The notes under the pieces are model-generated. The model worked only from the letters and a program-made list of their open reading frames with translations. It searched no databases and had not been told where the DNA came from. A program made the translations under genes and the position numbers. From UHGV virus genome UHGV-0231970: a stretch of 21,313 nucleotides of DNA; one strand, 5' to 3'. This document shows, piece after piece, positions 1-7,678 of this stretch. Each line of letters begins with the position of its first letter. The stretch's first letter is position 1. The stretch is from a virus.

Positions 1-1569
1 CCGGACGGCATGACATCGCTGCGTGAATATGCCGGTTATCACGGCGGTGGCAGCGGATTTGGTGGGCAGTTGCGGGCGTGGAACCCACCGGGTGAAAGTG
101 TGGATGCAGCCCTGCTGCCCAACTTTACCCGTGGCAATGCCCGCGCAGACGATCTGGTACGCAATAACGGCTATGCTGCCAACGCCATCCAGCTGCATCA
201 GGATCATATCGTCGGGTCTTTTTTCCGGCTCAGTCATCGCCCAAGCTGGCGCTATCTGGGCATCGGGGAGGAAGACGCCCGTGCCTTTTCCCGCGAGGTT
301 GAAGCGGCATGGAAAGAGTTTGCCGAGGATGACTGCTGCTGCATTGACGTTGAGCGAAAACGCACGTTTACCATGATGATTCGGGAAGGTGTGGCCATGC
401 ACGCCTTTAACGGTGAACTGTTCGTTCAGGCCACCTGGGATACCAGTTCGCCGCGGCTTTTCCGGACACAGTTCCGGATGGTCAGCCCGAAGCGCATCAG
501 CAACCCGAACAATACCGGCGACAGCCGGAACTGCCGTGCCGGTGTGCAGATTAATGACAGCGGTGCGGCGCTGGGATATTACGTCAGCGAGGACGGCTAT
601 CCTGGCTGGATGCCGCAGAAATGGACATGGATACCCCGTGAGTTACCCGGCGGGCGCGCCTCGTTCATTCACGTTTTTGAACCCGTGGAGGACGGGCAGA
701 CCCGCGGTGCAAATGTGTTTTACAGCGTGATGGAGCAGATGAAGATGCTCGACACGCTGCAGAACACGCAGCTGCAGAGCGCCATTGTGAAGGCGATGTA
801 TGCCGCCACCATTGAGAGTGAGCTGGATACGCAGTCAGCGATGGATTTTATTCTGGGCGCGAACAGTCAGGAGCAGCGGGAAAGGCTGACCGGCTGGATT
901 GGTGAAATTGCCGCGTATTACGCCGCAGCACCGGTCCGGCTGGGAGGCGCAAAAGTGCCGCACCTGATGCCGGGGGACTCACTGAACCTGCAGACGGCTC
1001 AGGACACGGATAACGGCTACTCCGTGTTTGAGCAGTCACTGTTGCGGTATATCGCTGCCGGGCTGGGTGTCTCGTATGAGCAGCTTTCCCGGAATTACGC
1101 CCAGATGAGCTACTCCACGGCACGGGCCAGTGCGAACGAGTCGTGGGCGTACTTTATGGGGCGGCGAAAATTCGTCGCATCCCGTCAGGCGAGCCAGATG
1201 TTTCTGTGCTGGCTGGAAGAGGCCATCGCTCGCCGCGTGGTGACGTTACCTTCAAAAGCGCGCTTCAGTTTTCAGGAAGCCCGAAGTGCCTGGGGGAACT
1301 GCGACTGGATAGGCTCCGGTCGTATGGCCATCGATGGTCTGAAAGAAGTACAGGAAGCGGTGATGCTGATAGAAGCCGGACTGAGTACCTACGAGAAAGA
1401 GTGCGCAAAACGCGGTGACGACTATCAGGAAATTTTTGCCCAGCAGGTCCGTGAAACGATGGAGCGCCGTGCAGCCGGTCTTAAACCGCCCGCCTGGGCG
1501 GCTGCGGCATTTGAATCCGGGCTGCGACAATCAACAGAGGAGGAGAAGAGTGACAGCAGAGCTGCGTAA
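1..1569 (+). CDS. B: Portal protein gpB, 5'-partial (the reading frame is open from base 1, so the start lies upstream of the window)
   Basis: ORF 10..1569 translation (MTSLREYAGYHGGGSGFGG...) matches lambda portal protein B from recall; frame reads PDGM from position 1, so the true start is upstream. Stop TAA 1567-1569. Confidence 0.93.
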   Translation, partial: PDGMTSLREYAGYHGGGSGFGGQLRAWNPPGESVDAALLPNFTRGNARADDLVRNNGYAANAIQLHQDHIVGSFFRLSHRPSWRYLGIGEEDARAFSREVEAAWKEFAEDDCCCIDVERKRTFTMMIREGVAMHAFNGELFVQATWDTSSPRLFRTQFRMVSPKRISNPNNTGDSRNCRAGVQINDSGAALGYYVSEDGYPGWMPQKWTWIPRELPGGRASFIHVFEPVEDGQTRGANVFYSVMEQMKMLDTLQNTQLQSAIVKAMYAATIESELDTQSAMDFILGANSQEQRERLTGWIGEIAAYYAAAPVRLGGAKVPHLMPGDSLNLQTAQDTDNGYSVFEQSLLRYIAAGLGVSYEQLSRNYAQMSYSTARASANESWAYFMGRRKFVASRQASQMFLCWLEEAIARRVVTLPSKARFSFQEARSAWGNCDWIGSGRMAIDGLKEVQEAVMLIEAGLSTYEKECAKRGDDYQEIFAQQVRETMERRAAGLKPPAWAAAAFESGLRQSTEEEKSDSRAA

Positions 1570-2869
1570 TCTCCCGCATATTGCCAGTATGGCCTTTAAT
1601 GAGCCGCTGATGCTTGAACCCGCCTATGCGCGGGTTTTCTTTTGTGCGCTTGCAGGCCAGCTTGGGATCAGCCGCCTGACGGATGCGGTATCCGGCGACA
1701 GCCTGACTGCCGGAGAGGCACCCGCGGCGCTGGCGTTATCCGTTGATGATGACGGACCACGACAGGCCCGCAGTTATCAGGTCATGAACGGCATCGCCGT
1801 GCTGCCGGTGTCCGGCACGCTGGTCAGTCGGACGCGAGCGCTGCAGCCGTATTCGGGGATGACCGGTTACAACGGCATTATCGCCCGTCTGCAACAGGCT
1901 ACCAGCGACCCGATGGTGGACGGCATTCTGCTCGATATGGATACGCCAGGCGGGATGGTGGCAGGGGCATTTGACTGCGCTGACATCATCGCCCGTATGC
2001 GTGACATAAAGCCGGTATGGGCGCTGGCCAACGACATGAACTGCAGTGCAGGTCAGTTGCTTGCCAGCGCCGCCTCCCGACGTCTGGTCACGCAGACCGC
2101 CCGGACAGGCTCCATCGGCGTCATGATGGCTCACAGTAATTACGGTGCTGCGCTGGAGAAACAGGGCGTGGAAATCACGCTGATTTACAGCGGCAGCCAT
2201 AAGGTGGATGGCAACCCCTACAGCCATCTACCGGATGATGTCCGGGAAACACTGCAGTCCCGGATGGATGCAACCCGCCGGATGTTTGCACAGAAGGTGT
2301 CGGCATATACCGGCCTGTCCGTGCAGGCTGTGCTGGATACCGAGGCTGCAGTGTACAGCGGTCAGGAGGCCATTGATGCCGGACTGGCTGATGAACTTGT
2401 TAACAGTACCGATGCGATCACCGTCATGCGTGATGCACTGGATGCACGTAAATCCCGTCTCTCAGGAGGGCGAATGACCAAAGAGACTCAATCAACAACT
2501 GTTTCAGCCACTGCTTCGCAGGCTGACGTTACTGGCGTGGTGCAAGCGACGGAGGGCGAGAACGCCAGCGCTGCGCAGCCGGACGTGAACGCGCAGATCA
2601 CCGCAGCGGTTGCGGCAGAAAACAGTCGCATTATGGGGATCCTCAACTGTGAGGAGGCTCACGGACGCGAAGAACAGGCACGCGTGCTGGCCGAAACCCC
2701 CGGTATGACCGTGGAAACGGCCCGCCGCATTCTGGCAGTTGCACCACAGAGTGCACAGGCGCGCAGTGACACTGCGCTGGATCGTCTGATGCAGGGGGCA
2801 CCGGCACCGCTGGCTGCAGGTAACCCGGCATCTGATGCCGTTAACGATTTGCTGAACACACCAGTGTAA
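1550..2869 (+). CDS. C: Prohead protease / minor capsid protein C (S49 ClpP-like family)
   Basis: ORF 1415..2869 contains the lambda gpC sequence starting at GTG 1550 (MTAELRNLPHIASMAF...). Overlaps the B 3' end by 20 nt. Internal-start choice by homology, 439 codons. Confidence 0.88.
   Translation: MTAELRNLPHIASMAFNEPLMLEPAYARVFFCALAGQLGISRLTDAVSGDSLTAGEAPAALALSVDDDGPRQARSYQVMNGIAVLPVSGTLVSRTRALQPYSGMTGYNGIIARLQQATSDPMVDGILLDMDTPGGMVAGAFDCADIIARMRDIKPVWALANDMNCSAGQLLASAASRRLVTQTARTGSIGVMMAHSNYGAALEKQGVEITLIYSGSHKVDGNPYSHLPDDVRETLQSRMDATRRMFAQKVSAYTGLSVQAVLDTEAAVYSGQEAIDAGLADELVNSTDAITVMRDALDARKSRLSGGRMTKETQSTTVSATASQADVTGVVQATEGENASAAQPDVNAQITAAVAAENSRIMGILNCEEAHGREEQARVLAETPGMTVETARRILAVAPQSAQARSDTALDRLMQGAPAPLAAGNPASDAVNDLLNTPV
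2474..2869 (+). CDS. Nu3: Capsid scaffolding protein Nu3, nested in-frame in the 3' third of C
   Basis: Internal ATG 2474 in the C frame, preceded by AGGAGGG (2464-2470); product MTKETQSTTVSATASQ... matches lambda Nu3 from recall and shares its stop with C. Confidence 0.8.
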   Translation: MTKETQSTTVSATASQADVTGVVQATEGENASAAQPDVNAQITAAVAAENSRIMGILNCEEAHGREEQARVLAETPGMTVETARRILAVAPQSAQARSDTALDRLMQGAPAPLAAGNPASDAVNDLLNTPV

Positions 2870-2878
2870 GGGATGTTT

Positions 2879-3211
2879 ATGACGAGCAAAGAAACCTTTA
2901 CCCATTACCAGCCGCTGGGCAACAGTGACCCGGCTCATACCGCAACCGCGCCCGGCGGATTGAGTGCGAAAGCGCCTGCAATGACCCCGCTGATGCTGGA
3001 CACCTCCAGCCGTAAGCTGGTTGCGTGGGATGGCACCACCGACGGTGCTGCCGTTGGCATTCTTGCGGTTGCTGCTGACCAGACCAGCACCACGCTGACG
3101 TTCTACAAGTCCGGCACGTTCCGTTATGAGGATGTGCTCTGGCCGGAGGCTGCCAGCGACGAGACGAAAAAACGGACCGCGTTTGCCGGAACGGCAATCA
3201 GCATCGTTTAA
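2879..3211 (+). CDS. D: Head decoration protein gpD
   Basis: ORF 2873..3211; [27 protein letters not shown]... matches lambda gpD (110 aa) from ATG 2879. The ATG at 2873 is an alternative start two codons upstream. Confidence 0.9.
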   Translation: MTSKETFTHYQPLGNSDPAHTATAPGGLSAKAPAMTPLMLDTSSRKLVAWDGTTDGAAVGILAVAADQTSTTLTFYKSGTFRYEDVLWPEAASDETKKRTAFAGTAISIV

Positions 3212-3228
3212 CTTTACCCTTCATCACT

Positions 3229-3253
3229 AAAGGCCGCCTGTGCGGCTTTTTTT
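3229..3253 (+). terminator. Intrinsic-terminator-like hairpin between D and E (stem GCCGC / GCGGC, loop CTGT, followed by a T-run)
   Basis: Read directly: AAAGGCCGC-CTGT-GCGGCTTTTTTT. The A-tract and T-tract extend the stem, so it could act in either direction. Sits between D stop (3211) and E start (3267). Confidence 0.45.
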
Positions 3254-3266
3254 ACGGGATTTTTTT

Positions 3267-4292
3267 ATGTCGATGTACACAACCGCCCAGCTGCTGGCGG
3301 CAAATGAGCAGAAATTTAAGTTTGATCCGCTGTTTCTGCGTCTCTTTTTCCGTGAGAGCTATCCCTTCACTACGGAGAAAGTCTATCTCTCACAAATTCC
3401 GGGACTGGTAAACATGGCGCTGTACGTTTCGCCGATTGTTTCCGGTGAGGTTATCCGTTCCCGTGGCGGCTCCACCTCTGAATTTACGCCGGGATATGTC
3501 AAACCCAAGCATGAAGTGAATCCGCAGATGACCCTGCGTCGCCTGCCGGATGAAGATCCGCAGAATCTGGCGGACCCGGCTTACCGCCGCCGTCGCATCA
3601 TCCTGCAGAACATGCGTGACGAAGAGCTGGCCATTGCTCAGGTCGAAGAGATGCAGGCAGTTTCTGCCGTGCTCAAGGGCAAATACACCATGACCGGTGA
3701 AGCCTTCGATCCGGTTGAGGTGGATATGGGCCGCAGTGCGGCGAACAACATCACGCAGTCCGGCGGCACGGAGTGGAGCAAGCGTGACAAGTCCACGTAT
3801 GACCCGACCGACGATATCGAAGCCTACGCGCTGAACGCCAGCGGCGTGGTGAATATCATCGTGTTTGATCCGAAAGGCTGGGCGCTGTTCCGTTCCTTCA
3901 AAGCCGTCAAGGAGAAGCTGGATACCCGTCGCGGCTCTCATTCCGAGCTGGAGACAGCGGTGAAAGACCTGGGTAAAGCGGTGTCCTATAAGGGGATGTA
4001 TGGCGATGTGGCCATCGTCGTGTATTCCGGACAGTACGTGGAAAACGGCGTCAAAAAGAACTTCCTGCCGGACAACACGATGGTGCTGGGTAACACTCAT
4101 GCACGCGGTCTGCGCACCTATGGCTGTATTCAGGATGCGGATGCATTGAGTGAGGGTATTAATGCGTCTCCCCGTTATCCGAAAAACTGGAAGACATCCG
4201 GCGATCCGGCGCGAGAGTTCACCATGATTCAGTCAGCACCGCTGATGCTGCTGGCTGATCCTGATGAGTTCGTGTCCGTTCAACTGGCGTAA
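3267..4292 (+). CDS. E: Major capsid protein gpE
   Basis: ORF 3240..4292; MSMYTTAQLLAANEQKFKFDPLFLRLFF... matches lambda gpE (341 aa) from ATG 3267. The GTG at 3240 lies inside the upstream hairpin and is unlikely to be used. Confidence 0.95.
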   Translation: MSMYTTAQLLAANEQKFKFDPLFLRLFFRESYPFTTEKVYLSQIPGLVNMALYVSPIVSGEVIRSRGGSTSEFTPGYVKPKHEVNPQMTLRRLPDEDPQNLADPAYRRRRIILQNMRDEELAIAQVEEMQAVSAVLKGKYTMTGEAFDPVEVDMGRSAANNITQSGGTEWSKRDKSTYDPTDDIEAYALNASGVVNIIVFDPKGWALFRSFKAVKEKLDTRRGSHSELETAVKDLGKAVSYKGMYGDVAIVVYSGQYVENGVKKNFLPDNTMVLGNTHARGLRTYGCIQDADALSEGINASPRYPKNWKTSGDPAREFTMIQSAPLMLLADPDEFVSVQLA

Positions 4293-4294
4293 TC

Positions 4295-4312
4295 ATGGCC
4301 CTTCGGGGCCAT
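4295..4312 (+). promoter_or_regulatory. Perfect 7-bp stem with TTCG (UUCG) tetraloop immediately after the E stop codon
   Basis: Read directly: ATGGCCC-TTCG-GGGCCAT at 4295-4312, followed by TTTCTCTC. The ATG inside the stem (4295) is the upstream alternative start of the FI ORF. Confidence 0.4.
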
Positions 4313-4333
4313 TTTCTCTCTGTGGAGGAGTCC

Positions 4334-4729
4334 ATGACGAAAGATGAACTGATTGCCCGTCTTCAGGTGCTGGGTGAGCAACTGAACCGTGATGTCAGCC
4401 TGACGGGGACGAAAGAAGAACTGGCGCTCCGTGTGGCAGAGCTGGAAGAGGAGCTTGATGACACGGATGACGCTGCCGGTCAGGACACATCTGTCAGCCC
4501 GGAAAATGCGCTGACCGGACATGAAAATGAGGTGGTATCAGCGCAGCCGGATACCGTGACTGATACGGCTGATCTGGTCACGGTTGTGGCACTGGTGACG
4601 CTGCATACCGATGCACTTCACGCCACGCGGGATGAGGCTGTGGCATTTGTGCTGCCGGGAACGGCGTTCCGTGTCTCTGCCGGTGTGTCAGCTGAAATGA
4701 CAGAGCGCGGCCTGGCCAGAATGCAATAA
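4334..4729 (+). CDS. FI: DNA packaging / head assembly protein gpFI
   Basis: ORF 4295..4729; MTKDELIARLQVLGEQLNRDVSLTGTKEELALRVAELEEELDD... matches lambda FI from ATG 4334, preceded by GGAGGAG (4324-4330). Confidence 0.85.
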   Translation: MTKDELIARLQVLGEQLNRDVSLTGTKEELALRVAELEEELDDTDDAAGQDTSVSPENALTGHENEVVSAQPDTVTDTADLVTVVALVTLHTDALHATRDEAVAFVLPGTAFRVSAGVSAEMTERGLARMQ

Positions 4730-4740
4730 CGGGAGGCGCT

Positions 4741-5094
4741 GTGGCTGATTTCGATAACCTGTTCGATGCTGCCATTGCCCGCGCCGATGAAACGATACGC
4801 GGGTACATGGGAACGTCAGCCACCATGACATCCGGTGAGCAGTCCGGCGCAGTAATACGTGGTGTTTTTGATGACCCTGAAAATATCAGCTATGCCGGAC
4901 AGGGCGTGCGCGTTGAAGGCTCCAGCCCGTCCCTGTTTGTCCGGACTGATGATGTGCGGCAACTGCGGCGTGGAGACACGCTGACCATCGGTGAGGAAAA
5001 CTTCTGGATAGACCGGGTTTCGCCGGATGATGGTGGAAGCTGTCATCTCTGGCTTGGGCGGGGCGTACCGCCTGCCGTTAACCGTCGCCGCTGA
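4741..5094 (+). CDS. FII: Head-tail joining (head completion) protein gpFII
   Basis: ORF 4741..5094 (117 aa, GTG start) matches lambda FII over its full length (MADFDNLFDAAIARADETIRGYMGTS...). GGGAGG at 4731-4736. Confidence 0.9.
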   Translation: MADFDNLFDAAIARADETIRGYMGTSATMTSGEQSGAVIRGVFDDPENISYAGQGVRVEGSSPSLFVRTDDVRQLRRGDTLTIGEENFWIDRVSPDDGGSCHLWLGRGVPPAVNRRR

Positions 5095-5105
5095 AAGGGG
5101 GATGT

Positions 5106-5684
5106 ATGGCCATAAAAGGTCTTGAGCAGGCCGTTGAAAACCTCAGCCGTATCAGCAAAACGGCGGTGCCTGGTGCCGCCGCAATGGCCATTAACCGCGT
5201 TGCTTCATCCGCGATATCGCAGTCGGCGTCACAGGTTGCCCGTGAGACAAAGGTACGCCGGAAACTGGTAAAGGAAAGGGCCAGGCTGAAAAGGGCCACG
5301 GTCAAAAATCCGCAGGCCAGAATCAAAGTTAACCGGGGGGATTTGCCCGTAATAAAGCTGGGTAACGCGCGGATTGTCCTGTCCCGACGCAGGCGTCGTA
5401 AAAAGGGGCAGCGTTCAGCCCTGAAAGGTGGCGGCAGCGTGCTTGTGGTGGGAAACCGTCGTATTCCCGGCGCGTTTATTCAGCAACTGAAAAATGGCCG
5501 CTGGCATGTCATGCAGCGTGTGGCCGGGAAAAACCGTTACCCCATTGATGTGTTGAAAATCCCGATGGCGGTGCCGCTGACCACGGCGTTTAAACAGAAT
5601 ATTGAACGGATACGGCGTGAACGTCTTCCGAAAGAGCTGGGCTATGCGCTGCAGCATCAACTGAGAATGGTAATAAAGCGATGA
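5106..5684 (+). CDS. Z: Minor tail protein gpZ (tail completion)
   Basis: ORF 5106..5684, 192 aa, MAIKGLEQAVENLSRISKTAVPGAAAMAINRV... matches lambda Z. Stop TGA overlaps the U start as ATGA. Confidence 0.9.
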   Translation: MAIKGLEQAVENLSRISKTAVPGAAAMAINRVASSAISQSASQVARETKVRRKLVKERARLKRATVKNPQARIKVNRGDLPVIKLGNARIVLSRRRRRKKGQRSALKGGGSVLVVGNRRIPGAFIQQLKNGRWHVMQRVAGKNRYPIDVLKIPMAVPLTTAFKQNIERIRRERLPKELGYALQHQLRMVIKR

Positions 5685-6076
5685 AACATACTGAACTCCG
5701 TGCAGCCGTACTGGATGCACTGGAGAAGCATGACACCGGGGCGACGTTTTTTGATGGTCGCCCCGCTGTTTTTGATGAGGCGGATTTTCCGGCAGTTGCC
5801 GTTTATCTCACCGGCGCTGAATACACGGGCGAAGAGCTGGACAGCGATACCTGGCAGGCGGAGCTGCATATCGAAGTTTTCCTGCCTGCTCAGGTGCCGG
5901 ATTCAGAGCTGGATGAGTGGATGGAGTCCCGGATTTATCCGGTGATGAGTGATATCCCGGCACTGTCAGATTTGATCACCAGTATGGTGGCCAGCGGCTA
6001 TGACTACCGGCGCGACGATGATGCGGGCCTGTGGAGTTCAGCCGATCTGACTTATGTCATTACCTATGAAATGTGA
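5681..6076 (+). CDS. U: Tail tube terminator protein gpU
   Basis: ORF 5681..6076, 131 aa, [39 protein letters not shown]... matches lambda U. Confidence 0.9.
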   Translation: MKHTELRAAVLDALEKHDTGATFFDGRPAVFDEADFPAVAVYLTGAEYTGEELDSDTWQAELHIEVFLPAQVPDSELDEWMESRIYPVMSDIPALSDLITSMVASGYDYRRDDDAGLWSSADLTYVITYEM

Positions 6077-6083
6077 GGACGCT

Positions 6084-6824
6084 ATGCCTGTACCAAATCC
6101 TGTAATGCCGGTGAAAGGTGCCGGGACCACCCTGTGGGTTTATAAGGGAAGCGGTGACCCTTATGCGAATCCGCTTTCAGACGTTGACTGGTCGCGTCTG
6201 GCAAAAGTTAAAGACCTGACGCCCGGCGAACTGACCGCTGAGTCCTATGACGACAGCTATCTCGATGATGAAGATGCAGACTGGACTGCGACCGGGCAGG
6301 GGCAGAAATCTGCCGGAGATACCAGCTTCACGCTGGCGTGGATGCCCGGAGAGCAGGGGCAGCAGGCGCTGCTGGCGTGGTTTAATGAAGGGGATACCCG
6401 AGCCTATAAAATCCGCTTCCCGAACGGCACGGTCGATGTGTTCCGCGGCTGGGTCAGCAGTATCGGTAAGGCGGTGACGGCGAAGGAAGTGATCACCCGC
6501 ACGGTGAAGGTCACCAATGTGGGCCGTCCGTCGATGGCAGAAGATCGCAGCACGGTGACGGCGACAACCGGCATGACTGTGACGCCTGCCAGCACCTCGG
6601 TGGTGAAAGGGCAGAGCACCACGCTGACCGTGGCATTCCAGCCGGAAGGCGCAACCGACAAGAGCTTCCGTGCGGTGTCTGCGGATAAAACAAAAGCCAC
6701 CGTGTCGGTCAGTGGTATGACCATCACCGTGAAAGGTGTTGCTGCAGGCAAGGTCAACATTCCGGTCGTATCCGGTAATGGTGAGTTTGCTGCGGTTGCA
6801 GAAATCAACGTCACCGCCAGTTAA
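6084..6824 (+). CDS. V: Major tail tube protein gpV (with C-terminal Ig-like domain)
   Basis: ORF 6054..6824; lambda gpV homology starts at ATG 6084 ([22 protein letters not shown]...), GAGGA at 6075-6079. 246 aa. Confidence 0.9.
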   Translation: MPVPNPVMPVKGAGTTLWVYKGSGDPYANPLSDVDWSRLAKVKDLTPGELTAESYDDSYLDDEDADWTATGQGQKSAGDTSFTLAWMPGEQGQQALLAWFNEGDTRAYKIRFPNGTVDVFRGWVSSIGKAVTAKEVITRTVKVTNVGRPSMAEDRSTVTATTGMTVTPASTSVVKGQSTTLTVAFQPEGATDKSFRAVSADKTKATVSVSGMTITVKGVAAGKVNIPVVSGNGEFAAVAEINVTAS

Positions 6825-6839
6825 TCCGGAGAGTCAGCG

Positions 6840-7262
6840 ATGTTCCTGAAAACCGAATCATTTGAACATAACGGTGTGACCGTCACGCTTTCTGAACTGT
6901 CAGCCCTGCAGCGTATTGAGCATCTCGCCCTGATGAAACGACAGGCAGAACAGGCGGAGTCAGACAGCAACCGGAAGTTTACTGTGGAAGACGCCATCAG
7001 AACCGGCGCTTTTGTGGTGGCGATGTCCCTGTGGCATAACCATCCGCAGAAGACAAAGCTGCCTTCTATGAATGAAGCCGTTAAACAGATTGAGCAGGAA
7101 GTGCTTACCACCTGGCCCACGGAGGCAATTTCTCATGCTGAAAACGTGGTGTACCGGCTGTCCGGTATGTATGAGTTTGTGGTGAATGATGCTCCTGAAC
7201 AGACAGAGGACGCCGGGCCTGCAGAGCCTGTTTCTGCGGGAAAGTGTTCGATGGTGAGCTGA
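6840..7262 (+). CDS. G: Tail assembly chaperone gpG
   Basis: ORF 6840..7262, 140 aa, MFLKTESFEHNGVTVTLSELSALQRIEHLALMKRQ... matches lambda G. Confidence 0.9.
   Translation: MFLKTESFEHNGVTVTLSELSALQRIEHLALMKRQAEQAESDSNRKFTVEDAIRTGAFVVAMSLWHNHPQKTKLPSMNEAVKQIEQEVLTTWPTEAISHAENVVYRLSGMYEFVVNDAPEQTEDAGPAEPVSAGKCSMVS
7238..7244 (+). promoter_or_regulatory. Programmed -1 ribosomal frameshift slippery heptamer G GGA AAG (G to G-T)
   Basis: Read directly: GGGAAAG at 7238-7244 in the G frame (codons GCG GGA AAG). The -1 frame from 7244 is open through the T ORF to 7678. Confidence 0.8.
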
Positions 7263-7678
7263 GTTTTGCCCTGAAACTGGCGCGAGAGATGGGGCGACCC
7301 GACTGGCGTGCCATGCTTGCCGGGATGTCATCCACGGAGTATGCCGACTGGCACCGCTTTTACAGTACCCATTATTTTCATGATGTTCTGCTGGATATGC
7401 ACTTTTCCGGGCTGACGTACACCGTGCTCAGCCTGTTTTTCAGCGATCCGGATATGCATCCGCTGGATTTCAGTCTGCTTAACCGGCGCGAGGCTGACGA
7501 AGAGCCTGAAGATGATGTGCTGATGCAGAAAGCGGCAGGGCTTGCCGGAGGTGTCCGCTTTGGCCCGGACGGGAATGAAGTTATCCCCGCTTCCCCGGAT
7601 GTGGCGGACATGACGGAGGATGACGTAATGCTGATGACAGTATCAGAAGGGATCGCAGGAGGAGTCCGGTATGGCTGA
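7244..7678 (+). CDS. T: T segment of the tail assembly chaperone fusion gpGT (expressed as G residues 1-~135 + T via -1 frameshift)
   Basis: ORF 7244..7678 (FDGELSFALKLAREMGRPDWRAMLAGMSSTEYADW...) matches lambda gpT. It has no independent ATG or SD; the first codon is GTG at the slip site. Confidence 0.85.
   Translation: MFDGELSFALKLAREMGRPDWRAMLAGMSSTEYADWHRFYSTHYFHDVLLDMHFSGLTYTVLSLFFSDPDMHPLDFSLLNRREADEEPEDDVLMQKAAGLAGGVRFGPDGNEVIPASPDVADMTEDDVMLMTVSEGIAGGVRYG

Noticed and set aside
3240-6083. Upstream alternative starts given by the ORF track (E at GTG 3240, FI at ATG 4295, V at ATG 6054, D at ATG 2873)
   Set aside because: Homology to lambda proteins begins at the downstream starts (3267, 4334, 6084, 2879), which have better SD spacing; the upstream codons lie inside hairpins or the preceding gene.
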